Shown in pieces: positions 30,739-42,682 of a stretch of DNA of 64,000 nucleotides. Each line of letters begins with the position of its first letter. Position 1 is the stretch's first letter. Made by a program: the position numbers and the translations under genes. Source of the stretch: Tubiluchus corallicola (taxonomy: Eukaryota; Animalia; Priapulida); NCBI GenBank assembly GCA_030141605.1, contig JAQGDQ010000022.1, positions 868,001-932,000 of the forward strand, written 5' to 3'. The notes under the pieces are model-generated. The model did not search any database and was not told where the DNA came from. It saw only the letters and a program-made list of their open reading frames with translations.

Positions 30739-31675
30739 GAAAAACAATTTGGGCAAATGTAGTTCATTATGCGAAGAAAATTTTTCGAAAAATTTAAAAA
30801 TCCTGAAAATTCAAAACCTGAAAGAATTTGATGCTGCTTAATTACACTCCACCAGCGCTTATTGCAAGTCAGTAATCTAATGATTTAACCATTGATCAAT
30901 TTGCTAGCGTATATCTGTTTCTTCCAAACATTGTTTTCAACTTGTGAGGTATCGTACATTCACGTTAAGTACGTATTAATGCCGTATTAAAAAAGATAAA
31001 AATAAAGCATGTCTGTGTAAAGTTAGATTTTATAATTACTGTATTCTTAACTAATGAAAAAAATAATTTCTATCTTAGTAAGAAGGTATTTTTAATATTA
31101 TTGTTAAGTCATCCATTCGCTTGTTTGATAACAGTGCTTCTGTTAAGTTCAAAAGTAGAATTAATATGAGGAATACTTTTGATCATTTGCACAAAAGAAA
31201 AACTATTACTCTGTAAGGAAACGGCAATCATTTATGCACACAGTAATAACAAAATTCGCTGTGAACTGTGAAAACAACCAAATTCATTTGAAGCTTTCAC
31301 GTTGTCACATGATGCCATAACTGCCCAAAAAACACAGCAGAAACTATACTAACCACACAAAATATGAAGTTAGGCGGTAGATCTGCTATGCCTTTGTTAA
31401 AATAAGGTTTTTACAAAAATCGTTTTCTATTTTATTTAATACTGAAACCTGTTTTACGGTTATGTAGAACAGTATAATTATAGTCATCGATATGTTTAAA
31501 ATTACTTCATATTCAGTTTAAAACGTGAAATACCTACAAATAGGCCGACAAGAAGGCACCAACAGATACAGTCGCTGTATGAGGTTGCCCATCCAAACCG
31601 AGCGCATGGGCGTTTGCCTTATTTGTTATTTGTCTCCATCTTCATTTTTTATCTCTTCAGCTGACTCAGATTGTG

Positions 31676-31743
31676 CTCTTCAGAGAGCAACTCCATGACA
31701 ACAACAATACCACAAGCTGTCAATGGAGGCGATCCCAGAAAAG
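31676..31743 (-). ncRNA. mir-281: microRNA miR-281 precursor (mature 3p about 31700-31679)
   Basis: Minus strand reads UGUCAUGGAGUUGCUCUCU(GAA), 19 nt identical to conserved miR-281-3p. It pairs with an upstream arm cugggaucgccuccauugacagc to form a ~65-nt hairpin. Confidence 0.9.
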
Positions 31744-33949
31744 AACAGATCAGGAATACCGTCCAAATAATTCATATCCTATATAAAAACGGAAAAATAC
31801 CATGTTATACCTCTTGTTGTGTAAAAAAGGAAGCAAACAATCGTAGATTACGTTTATAGAGTTACACTTTATAAACGATTACCTCATTATAAACCAGACT
31901 CTGCGTGCCAAGAAAATAACTTTAACGAACAAAAATTGCGGAGCGTTATATTATCATTGTAAGTACATGTTTACATTTCGTCCATTTTAGATATGTAATT
32001 GAATTCCAACAGGGCGTGCGCTAAAATATTGTTTAAAACAAGCCTAGTTAACACAAATTTTAAATTTTTGGCAAGTCTCTCTTTTATAATTAAAACTACG
32101 AATGGATGCTCATAAATTTAGGTTTATGTTGAAAAAGATGTCGCGTTCAGCTTGTGGTGTAACTAGGTATAGTAATACATAAAATTTCACAGAAAAACAA
32201 ATTGATGAAAACCATGGCTTAAATTCCTAGATTAACAGGTTAGTTAGTTATAGTTCATCCGTTTTCTTTTCTTGCCCACGTGATTTTTCAACCATTGAGA
32301 TATTAAACAACGCACAATGTAAATATATGTACTATTTTAAGGACGAAATTAAACGGACATGTTGACACTAAATAGATTGAATAGAATAGATAGACAGATA
32401 AGATTGAATAGATAGATAGTCTTAATTATTACGAACGATCGCGTTCGGTCGTTTATGCGTTTACGGACAAAAATTGTGCAATTGCCTAGAATTTTCAAAT
32501 TTACTTTATGAAGCTTTCTGACAATATTTTACTGCGCACGCTGTTAAAAAATGAAAATGTTAGCGTCTCTCAAATGAACGGGAAGCCTAAGCACAGAGCA
32601 TAAACCCGGCATGCGTTTAAATTTCATAACAACTTGTAGTAGAAAAGAATTAAAATTCGTTGTCTTAATTAAGACGTTTTGGGATGTGCTGAGTAGCTGA
32701 CTAGTTTCAATGTGTGCGTAGCAGTGAAATTAAAACATGGAGCTTGATCGGTTAATGAATGGATGACCTCCGTGTTCAGTTATAACCACAGTTTCATCTG
32801 TTCGTGGTATTTCTCTCGTCGAGGGCTTTATACACACTCGAATGTAATTGAGACACCATTAAATCTCATTTTAGAAGATTTTAGTGGGCATAACTCTCGG
32901 TCCCAGCGCAACTATTTATATTTAGTAGACTCTGATGTTATGTGTCACCGTTAAAGCAAAGTTAATAACAATGCATTACATATAGACTAAAATATTATAT
33001 ACTAAGTAGTATCAATGACTAAAAAACTTACATCGGTGGTGAAGAACGAAAAGTTATGACGAAGTCGATCACTCAGAATAAAAGAAAAAGGAGGCACCAG
33101 AAATTCCTAGCATTATAACATTTGCTTAAATTGTCACGACATTCTGAAACTATAATTTTGTTTGGATTTAATCCAATAATACTCATTTAATTGGTTCATA
33201 CTAATCCAATGTTTGGTCCTAACACTAGTGCGCTATTGCCACTTTTAACAGAAGTTTATTAAAACAGCAGCTGAGTAAGACTATATTAAGACTAAACGAA
33301 ACCAATTAGCAATAGCAAAAAAGTAAAAATGATCACACGAAAACGATAATTATTAAGCTAAACGTATGTGGTAAAACCAAATTGAGAAAGCACACTAACC
33401 AACACTACCTCACTACCATCTCTGTGAAAATGAACTACAGGTATCTTAGGCATGACCATTTAGTGAACATAACCGTATTATTTAGTGAAAAGTAAACCTT
33501 TAGACAAAACCGTCGCAAAAACAAACATTTTCACTGTTTGCACACGGGCACCGAAACCAGTGGACAACTTCTAAATAAACAAGTTGCGGTGTTTTGCCTC
33601 ATAATGGACGTTTAACGTATCCGAATTTCAAAGATGTTGGACGAGTTTCGATCCACGGCGGTGAGCGTCTCCAATAGCAATATCAATGAGAGATCGGGCG
33701 GGCGTTTACCGCAATCGTTCAACTAAAATGTTTGGATAGATGTGCATAAATGGATGCTGAAAATATGAACGCGTCACTACTGACGGTGAACTCGGGTCAT
33801 CTAAATCTGTTCTTTTGAAGCACGGAACAGCAGCGATTTCTTTACAATTCATTTTTCAATCCAATAAATGAACTCGAGCGCTCTCCCACCTCCGCCCCTT
33901 GCAAGTAATTCAATACTACAGTGATGTGCAAAATCTACGAATATGAGTT

Positions 33950-33958
33950 CATCATTAC

Positions 33959-33990
<32 letters not shown>

Positions 33991-33999
33991 ATATCATCA
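33950..33999. repeat. (TCA)n microsatellite
   Basis: tca run; source of the poly-D ORF. Confidence 0.9.
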
Positions 34000-35696
34000 T
34001 AACAGCAATAACAATAATACGTTGACGAAGGGTTAGTGCAAACCAACCTCGGGATGAGGAGGAGCATAAGCTTTCGTACGTCACACCGGGCCGGTGTTGT
34101 GGCAAGATTCAGTGCAGAGGTAATCTAAAAGTTAATGTATACGTTAGACCCTACTGTTTCCATTCGTGCCATTTTTCCTGTGTCATTTTTATCTGAGCCA
34201 CTTTTGTCTACTTTCCATATACTTTGATTTCCCATCATGAACAATGAACCATTTTGCTCAAAATTTAATTGTGACCATTATTATACAAAACAAATATAAT
34301 CATCAATTAATATTTTAATATATACTATATTAATGAATATTCGTTTTTTATATGTAAAGATAATAAACATTGAGGTGTATTATCAAGCATAATGACAGGG
34401 AAGAATTTTTTGTTGAAACGGGTTGATATTTATATATTAGTTTAATTATTACTGCACGATGTTTATATAAAGTCAATAAGGCAGAAGAATTCTATTTAAA
34501 ACAACCCCGGCATACTATTAACTTTTAAAATAATAGTTATCAGTCGTTGCAAATAATGCAATCATTGCTAATAATAAATGCACAACTTCAATGATATCCC
34601 GGATCCCGTAGGTTGTATCTAGCTTTACCGGCTGTAGTTATTTTTGAAATTGTGCTAGTTAGACATAATCTAGTTGGACATTGTCCAAACACTTATGTCA
34701 GCCAGTAAGAAATTAATGGACCGAGTCAGTCATATATCAATATCCTTCGGGCTTGGATCAAGTGCAGCCAATTATATAATGCAAATTTTGTAAAACGCTT
34801 AATTAAATATTTTTATTTAATGACGAATGGCTGTCAGCTAATGTTGTCAGGGTATACATCATTTTCATCACTAGGTATAGTGAGTGTAGGTCAGTCAAAG
34901 GACCACCACAGGCAAATGACCACCAATTAAATAACCACTTTCAACACTTTAAAAGTGGTTAAAGTCCACCTGTCAGGAGGATGAATTGATGACCACTGAT
35001 CAAAAGACCACCAGTGGATGTGCAAAATGGAGCAGCAACTTGAGTAAAATGGCAACTTTTACTTACCGTTAATATTTTATTTAATAAATTATGACTGATA
35101 ATTTTTGCTGATAATAATAATAATGATTGACAAATGCTTCACAATTTTGTAATTTATTTTTGTTAGTAATTTATATCGCACATTAAAAAAGTTGATAGCT
35201 ATGTTAGGAAACTTAAAACACTCAGCTGTACACAAGACTAACAAATAAAAAATGAATTAGATGCTTTAAAAGCACTATCGAAAAATCGTTTTTATTAAGT
35301 ATGCTTGAGGAATTAGTTTTTAGGAAAGTTTTTAATATGAAAGTATCGTTTTGTAACAGATGGTGTTCGCCTAATGGTCGTCACTGGCTTTTCGTAGGTT
35401 CGATATTTATTCAAACTTACCACAATATGGGAATAATTACATAATTAACATGCTGCTGAGCGCGTTTCAGAATTCAGAAAACAGGGCAATCTTAAGTAAT
35501 ATTTGTCGTACGTTGGAAATGTTTGCTGATCATTGCAAGGAAAGTATGAAACGTGTTACTCTCGTCTGATCTCAATTAATGTCTATTAGTGACAGGTTCA
35601 TTGCAAATAATACAATCATTGCAGCTGCATCATTGCAATCAAAACGTCATGCAGGTGTGTCGTTCTTGTAAAAAACAAACTTTACTGTGTACTACC

Positions 35697-36554
35697 CAGG
35701 GCTGGATTAAGCATGTGGGAGGCCTGGGGCCCGCTTGGAAGGGAGACCCTCTTTCCAACTCCCCCTACTGCATACACCACAGACTAGTAACCTAAATCCA
35801 AATATATAAATAGGACACTTTTAGTTAGGAAATACTGACCGAAGACTATTCTTCCAATTGTATAATATGTAATGCATGAATACGAAATGAAATGAACACA
35901 ATTTGTTCTTACCGAATTTTTACACAGAGTAATTCAGTTTAAATTATTTAATGCTTCATGAAAAAGTATAATATAACTAACAAGTAAATATAGTTCAAAT
36001 CAGAAAATGGATGGAGTTATAACCATTACAGTCCAGACACTTTTCTCGATTTTCGTGCGGCAAAGTCACTGATGATGTCACTGAAGTCCAATTCATGCAG
36101 TATATCTGACTCGATGCTCATGATAACCAGATTTACAAGTCGTTTCTGCTTCGTGGATGCCCGTAATCGGTTCTCAGTTAATTTGAGTTTTGAGAAGCAG
36201 CGCTCGCCACTGCAGTCTGATACAATCAAAATAAGGCATATCGGTAGAGCTATCTCACAATACGACAATATCCTAATAATATGAAGCATTTTTACTTTTT
36301 TATGTCAAAAATTCAAATTATATTCCCCAAATTATTTCAATAAAATTTTTTAAAATACTCACGCTAGTCTTCTACTAAAATTTATTGCCTATGCAGTGTC
36401 CCCGAGGTTTCATAAATTTTGTATGAGTCCTTTCTTTAAAATGGCAATATACAGTATATACATATCATCACAGCCTATATTGGCGGGAAACTCCCTCTTG
36501 GTGGGCGGCCTAAGGCCCGGGCCCCTTGCCCCCCCTCCCCTTAATCCGGTACTG
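35697..36554 (-). mobile_element. Non-autonomous hAT DNA transposon (internal deletion derivative)
   Basis: TIRs cagggctggattaag and cttaatccggtactg; perfect 8-bp TSD gtactacc (35689-35696, 36555-36562); hAT dimerization-domain remnant ERCFSKLKL..NRLR.S..Q.RL..L..MSIE..DF..K.RK at 36026-36289 (-). Confidence 0.92.
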
Positions 36555-38236
36555 GTACTACCGATTTCTTTCTTCTACTAATTCTTCTACTGCTGAAAAA
36601 TTTACAGATATTTCCGATATCTGCTCTGGCCCAAGGATTAATTGTTCGCTGTAAAACAGTTAGAAAAATAATAGCAAAGTTAAGACAACCTTTGAAATAC
36701 TTAATTATCCAGTGAAAAACGAGAATCAACATTAAAAAATTTGTAAGAAAAGACTAAAATAGAAATTAATGATAACTTATGTAGATAATACCCCAAAATA
36801 TGCATAATTTCGATACGTCTGCTGACAATGATTTCCTATATTTTTCCGCGACACTAAATTTAATGGATAATAATTATAATGTAGACTATTATTGATTGTT
36901 ATACACATGTACTACTGTATTATATCAATTTCGTCAATACAGAAATGTCATCATTTTGTAATATCCACCATAATGCACTAACTAGACTTTATCTTATTAG
37001 GCCTGTTGATGCTTATATTTTTCCACAACCCTGATTTTAGTGACAATGAACTTAATTATGCTATTAAGTGATGTATAATATTACTGATTATTATACAGAT
37101 GTACATAATTTTGTTTACATACACAGCAATGTCATTTTGTCTTCGCCATTTTAGTATCCACTTAATTATCTATGAATATGTAAGTTTTGTAAATGAGCTG
37201 TTAATTTCCAGTAATTTTGTATTTATTTAAGTTTATTCTTTTCGTAATATTAGTTGTAGATGACGCTGAAGCCAAAGTTCAATCAGTCGCATGCGTTGTG
37301 TAAAGAAAGGGAGGAATTTTGAGGGTAATTTGATACTTTAAAGAGGAGAAGCGCTGAAGGTCCGAGGTTCCTAAGTTGCCCTTTCTTTTGTAACGAAACC
37401 TGAAAAGCGGGAGTAAAAAGGAGAAACATATTTATATACAGAACACCATACTTACTTGTGTTTTAAATTGCTATAAAAAAAAGAAACAGTTAACTGCAAT
37501 GCTAACATATATGCTGTATTTTACATATATTACAATATTTACATATACAAATAACATTAACAACATGGCAACGAACAAACAATATTAATTAGCATAAGCA
37601 TAAACATTTATGAAAACTAATCTATAAATAAGCTGTAAATCTAGAGTTATTTGTGTTAATTTATTGAAATTTAATTGTGTTGTTAATTTTATTATTATTA
37701 TATACTGCAAACAATTTTAAAAATGAATTCAAAATTAAGTCTTGCAATAATTTTCATTTTGCTAAAAATAGAAATATGAAATGTTCTGAATTTTAATTAG
37801 CATTCTTCTAGTAACCAGCTAAGTGATCAACTTCCTGTGAACAGGCAGTATGACGCAGTGCCAACTCCAAACTGACTCAGTGCAAACTAGCGTTCAGACT
37901 AATTACATTACAATATTTACAAGATAGAAAGACTTGTTTTGTAATTTCAATGGACCAGATTTTATTCCAGGCTAGCCCAGAGTCTCGACACAAAGGATTA
38001 ACTCCGGGGCTCCCACTAGAACTAATGTGGCGTATATCATTTCAAACACTGCATCTGTAATATGCGGTATCGTGAGACCGGTTTGTCAAGTTTACCATCA
38101 TCATCCGCGTTGTTGCAAACCAGCTGACAGTTATCTGACCTCTGTTTTGGTCAATTTAGTTAGTAGCCGTTTATTGAATGACTAGTAGAGTTGTCCTGGC
38201 ACTTTCTTATAAAACTTTACTTCATTGATAATAGTA

Positions 38237-40809
38237 ATGCAAGGGCTGACGTTAAAATATTTGCGAGGTCATCCCTCGGTGAGTACATGCAAGACTCTTG
38301 CTTTAGACTTTTCGAATTTCAAGCTTTGCAGAATTTAGATAGGCTTTATAGCCACTTAGAAATATAGGTTTGTCTTGCCAAAACAGTTGACTTCGCGTGC
38401 TCTGATTTAGTAGTGCACACGCTGACGTATTCAATCCCATTTTCCTCGGAGGACCAGCATATAAATTTGTGTGTTGCATTTTATTTTTAGTGGTGTCCCA
38501 CTATTTTACCTTTAATGCTTTAGAAACTGCTAGTACTACCCTCAGTCAGATACAGGTAACAATGGAAAATAACAAAAAGTGGAAAGTGCTTTGGGAATAC
38601 TGAAAACAGTTTCATGTAATTTGAATACCATGACTCAATTGTCGAAGCCAAAAAATCCTTAACGATTTACATGTTTGCACTTTGCTTTAATAATTTGTTG
38701 TGGGCTTATGTTCAAAGTTAATGTCCATTTGCATTTTTATGACAGTATATTTCCATGCAAATTTATTAACTTAACATCGTGTGGCTATTAAGCAGAATTT
38801 AATTTACAGCTTGTTGCACTACATGGCTTCTTTGGCCTGGGTGTTCTTTTAGCCGGAGGATATCTGATCCGGCTTGCAACTAAGTCACCTGAGGTTTGGT
38901 AGGTAGTATGTTATGAGCTGGTGTGTTTCCTAGAGAGCATGTTATAATAGAATTTGGGCTTTTATCCCTCTAGACTTTGGTAGATAATAGACTTTCTTAA
39001 TTAGATTTGCTTATAAGCAACAGTGTTCAGTCGTTTTTGAAAAAGACTGCTTTTTGTAAAAAAAATTGTAGGCCAGTAATAACACATCATTAAAAAAAGA
39101 ACAAAATTGCTCATTGATTATGAATTATCTTTTCAGAATTTTGCACCTGAAATCTTATTAGGCTGGGCATAGATCACTGATGCTTATAATTTATTTAACA
39201 GTACTTACTAGATTAGTGGATTTGGAACCTACTAGCAATCTTTTGTGTGATAAAAGTCTTTTGTTATATATAGAGCTATTTCTGTAGTTTTGACGTTTTG
39301 ACATTAGTATTTGTTGAAAAATATTAATAAAACTAAAGTGCAAAGTCTATATCTGTAGTCTGTACTAATACCTGCCTAATACAAATTTTTAGATTCGCCA
39401 AGTATTTCTCGGGGGGACAGAATTTCATTCCTGAAGTGATTCTGGGGTGCACTGAAAAATTGGAAAGATGACGGTTTAAATATAAAATTATTGATTGATC
39501 TACCATTTAGCTAATTTCACCTGAATTTCTAAGGGTTCTTCACAATGTCTTAAAGAATAGAGAATCTGGAATTAAGTTTAGTTAACTTTAATTAGAAATC
39601 TTGTGATCCAAGCAATACTCGACAGATAACATCAACTTTGTGCAAATTTATAAAGTGGAATGAAGTCAATTTCATTTTTAATATTACTTGTGGAACGTCA
39701 TGATGCTTCTTCACACTAGTTATTGCGGTACAAGACCTAGTTAATTTAACGCAGTATTTTTTCTTCAATTTCTGGCTTCACTTCTGTCTCATTTTTCTTT
39801 TTTTGCATGTTATCTGTTTTTCATCTCCCATTATTTGCATCACAACCTTGTTGATTTCTGTCTAATGATTTTGTTGTTGTTTTTATTCATGAATGTAAAA
39901 TCATTTAAATTTCCTGTTTTATTTGCTTTTGGTTGCAACTTTGAATGATGATGAAAGTTTAATTCCAATGAATGTCGCAGTAAAACTAAATTATATTGTA
40001 AAATGTTTAATGTATTTACTTTGAATATTCCTGACAGTATCAGGGTGGATCAGTAGTTCCCATGTGTAAATTATAGCTTTGTTTATGAACTGCTGATATA
40101 CAGAGTAATATGCCATGAATTTTGTCAGTATTGTTTAAATGTTTTTCAGTTGGGATAGGAAGAAACCTTATCCATGGGAAAGGCTGCCAGCAACACATCA
40201 ATACAAGGTAAGCGTAGATCTATATATAGTTTCCAAGTTTACATAATTATGCTGCTAACAAGAAAAAAATGCACACTTATGATTTTTGGTATGGTAGCCT
40301 GTTCACGTTGCAATGTGATAAGTGCGGCAATGTTTTTATTTAATTGAGATTGGCACAACTGCATTTCCAACTTTTATGGCTAGTGAATCAGAGGTCTGAA
40401 GCTTCTCGGCTTTCTTAACTTTTCCTGATAATTAACCATAAGAATATTTGGATGACAAAAAAAAAGATTCCTGATGAATTTCATTTCACCGCTTTTTTTC
40501 AAAAAACAAATCCATTTTTGTTGTGACGTTACATGTAAACAAGGTAAATTTAACTTGGTGGTGAAAAGATTAAATTTGCAGTACTTTTATGTGAAAATAA
40601 TCTTCAAGTTATTTGGACGTTTGAAGTTGGCTTTCAAAAGTTGTCAAAAAGGACTTATTTTAGAGAAACTTACTGCTTTACTATTGTGTTATGATTATAA
40701 TTTTTAAACATTTGTGTTTTTTTTTGTATTTTAAAATTGAACAAACCTTTTTCAGTTTTACGCTACTCGTGACTACGCAAAGGAGGTTAATTCACGTCCC
40801 GAATATTGA
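38237..40809 (+). CDS. NDUFA4: Cytochrome c oxidase subunit NDUFA4/COXFA4 (MLRQ), 80 aa, 4 exons
   Basis: Exons 38237-38278, 38810-38898, 40150-40207, 40756-40809 (243 nt): MQGLTLKYLRGHPSLVALHGFFGLGVLLAGGYLIRLATKSPEVCWDRKKPYPWERLPATHQYKFYATRDYAKEVNSRPEY. AATAAA at 41370. Confidence 0.93.
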
Positions 40810-42682
40810 ATCTGACTTCGAGCTTAGTACTGATCATGTGCATATCATCGAGAGTAATTTTGTTAATCATACCAATAGTTAGGCTGGTGGTGTGCTAAAT
40901 TTGAATTGCCAAAAATTTTGCTATATATTTTTTCTTAGGGCCATTTTATGATGAAGTTGCTGTATCAAGTCGCATGTTTATGCCAAATGGTTAAATTGTG
41001 TTAAATTATGTAGAAATATTTGCTTGTTGAGATTATCAGTAAATATGATTCCTATATTAATCCAGTTTTGACATTCAATGCATGAAGTACGCCTAACGGG
41101 CAAAGACTATAACATCAACTGCGTATAGCGTGCGTTGTTTGTCATTTCTGTATTAGGTTGTATTAATTTTGGCAAAACTGTTCACAATTATGTTGTATAA
41201 ATTCATGTTTGTTCTAGTGTCTAAGTATGAAAATTATTGGCTTTTCAATTTAAAATGCGGTTGCTTTTGAAAAGCTATACAAATAGGCAGTTGCCATATT
41301 TGGTGTGAGTTGTCAGTTTCTTGCTGCTTTCTTAGACACTTTGCTATATAGATGTTATTGATTGAATAGAATAAATGTTTAGCCATACAAAACCTTCTTT
41401 AGTTGTTGCATTGATAAAGGTTTTATGTTTGTGTTTAGAAATGACTATTTAATAAGGAAGCCAAATTTGATTATTGGCTTTATCAAAAATTGCAAAATAA
41501 GATTCCGCAATGTGTGAATCGAAAATCACATTGCGTAAATTAGAGGAATTTGCTTTTTGATTCTTTTGCTGTTTTACTTATTAGATTGAGCAACATACAA
41601 TTGTTACATCCATGACAGAAAATTCAGGAATAATCCCTGGAGTATTGATTTTCTTCTCTGAGAAGACATTGTTAATCTGAAAAACATTTGTTAGATAATT
41701 TTTTGAGCCGAATTTTGACATATAATACAGTTTGACATAAGATTGTGTTTTTAACTTGAGTGCTTTATACTAAAGTCAATTTACAAAAAGTACACATGTT
41801 TGTTACTAGTGCACATAAAACTCCTTGTATTAATACCATTTTATTTATAGCTTCTCTATGACATTCGTCGATGTCTCAATGACAAATACTGACAACTAAC
41901 ACACGGTTTAACATGAGAATGCTGATTTAAAAGTAGCTCTTTTTTTCTAATGTATACAAAGCTTCTTGTAATTTGCTTTACAGAGTTTGGTTTTATTGTG
42001 ATTTCACTAATGCAACCATATACTTGTCAAGTCAGAAATAATAATTATTTTATACAGTGAAACGTCTGGTTAGTAAAGTCTTGAATGGAATCATGGACAA
42101 ATTTTCCTAGCTTTCTTCTATTCTAGGAATAACAGAAAACAAGCCATCAACTTATTTTCTAGCTTAATTTTCAATTTAATTTGATTCATATGAACTAAAG
42201 GTGTCAGTAATCTAAACAAGCTTACAGTAGACATAGATGTTGTGTATTAACTGACTGAAAGTGAACTATATTTTATTTTACTTTCCCTGTAATATTAACG
42301 TGCAACAGTTTCGTCACACACTAATAACGTGTTTTTTTTTGCTTAATTTGTATGCTGCATCCGTAAAACAACACACAGAGAACAATTTAAATGCAGTCAC
42401 AACAAAATTTATTAGCACAAAATGTTAGTACAGTTAGCTCAAAGCCTATAAATGTCACACTTGCAGTAGTACTTCCTCTGATAGGAGTTGAAAATTTTAT
42501 TACTAAACTTCAGTTAATTTATAAATTACGTAAATAATGTTATGGTTGGCGCTATTTTTTGTCTTTTCGCACATTATTCCCTAATTAGCAGCAAACAGAA
42601 GCAAGTTTGATAACATGCTTGCATGAGTGGAAAATTAACCTTTGTAATATGTACAGCAAGGCGTGTTATGTGGTATTTAATT

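Noticed and set aside
39944-40034. C/D snoRNA candidate (atgatga...ctga) in an NDUFA4 intron
   Set aside because: No terminal stem; the 10-nt AT-rich rRNA match does not point to a methylation site I know
40027-40042. miR-8-like sequence on the minus strand
   Set aside because: Seed mismatch and no hairpin
41851-41892. Alternative last exon for NDUFA4 (LLYDIRRCLNDKY*)
   Set aside because: Acceptor plausible, but no family similarity and it lies beyond the AATAAA
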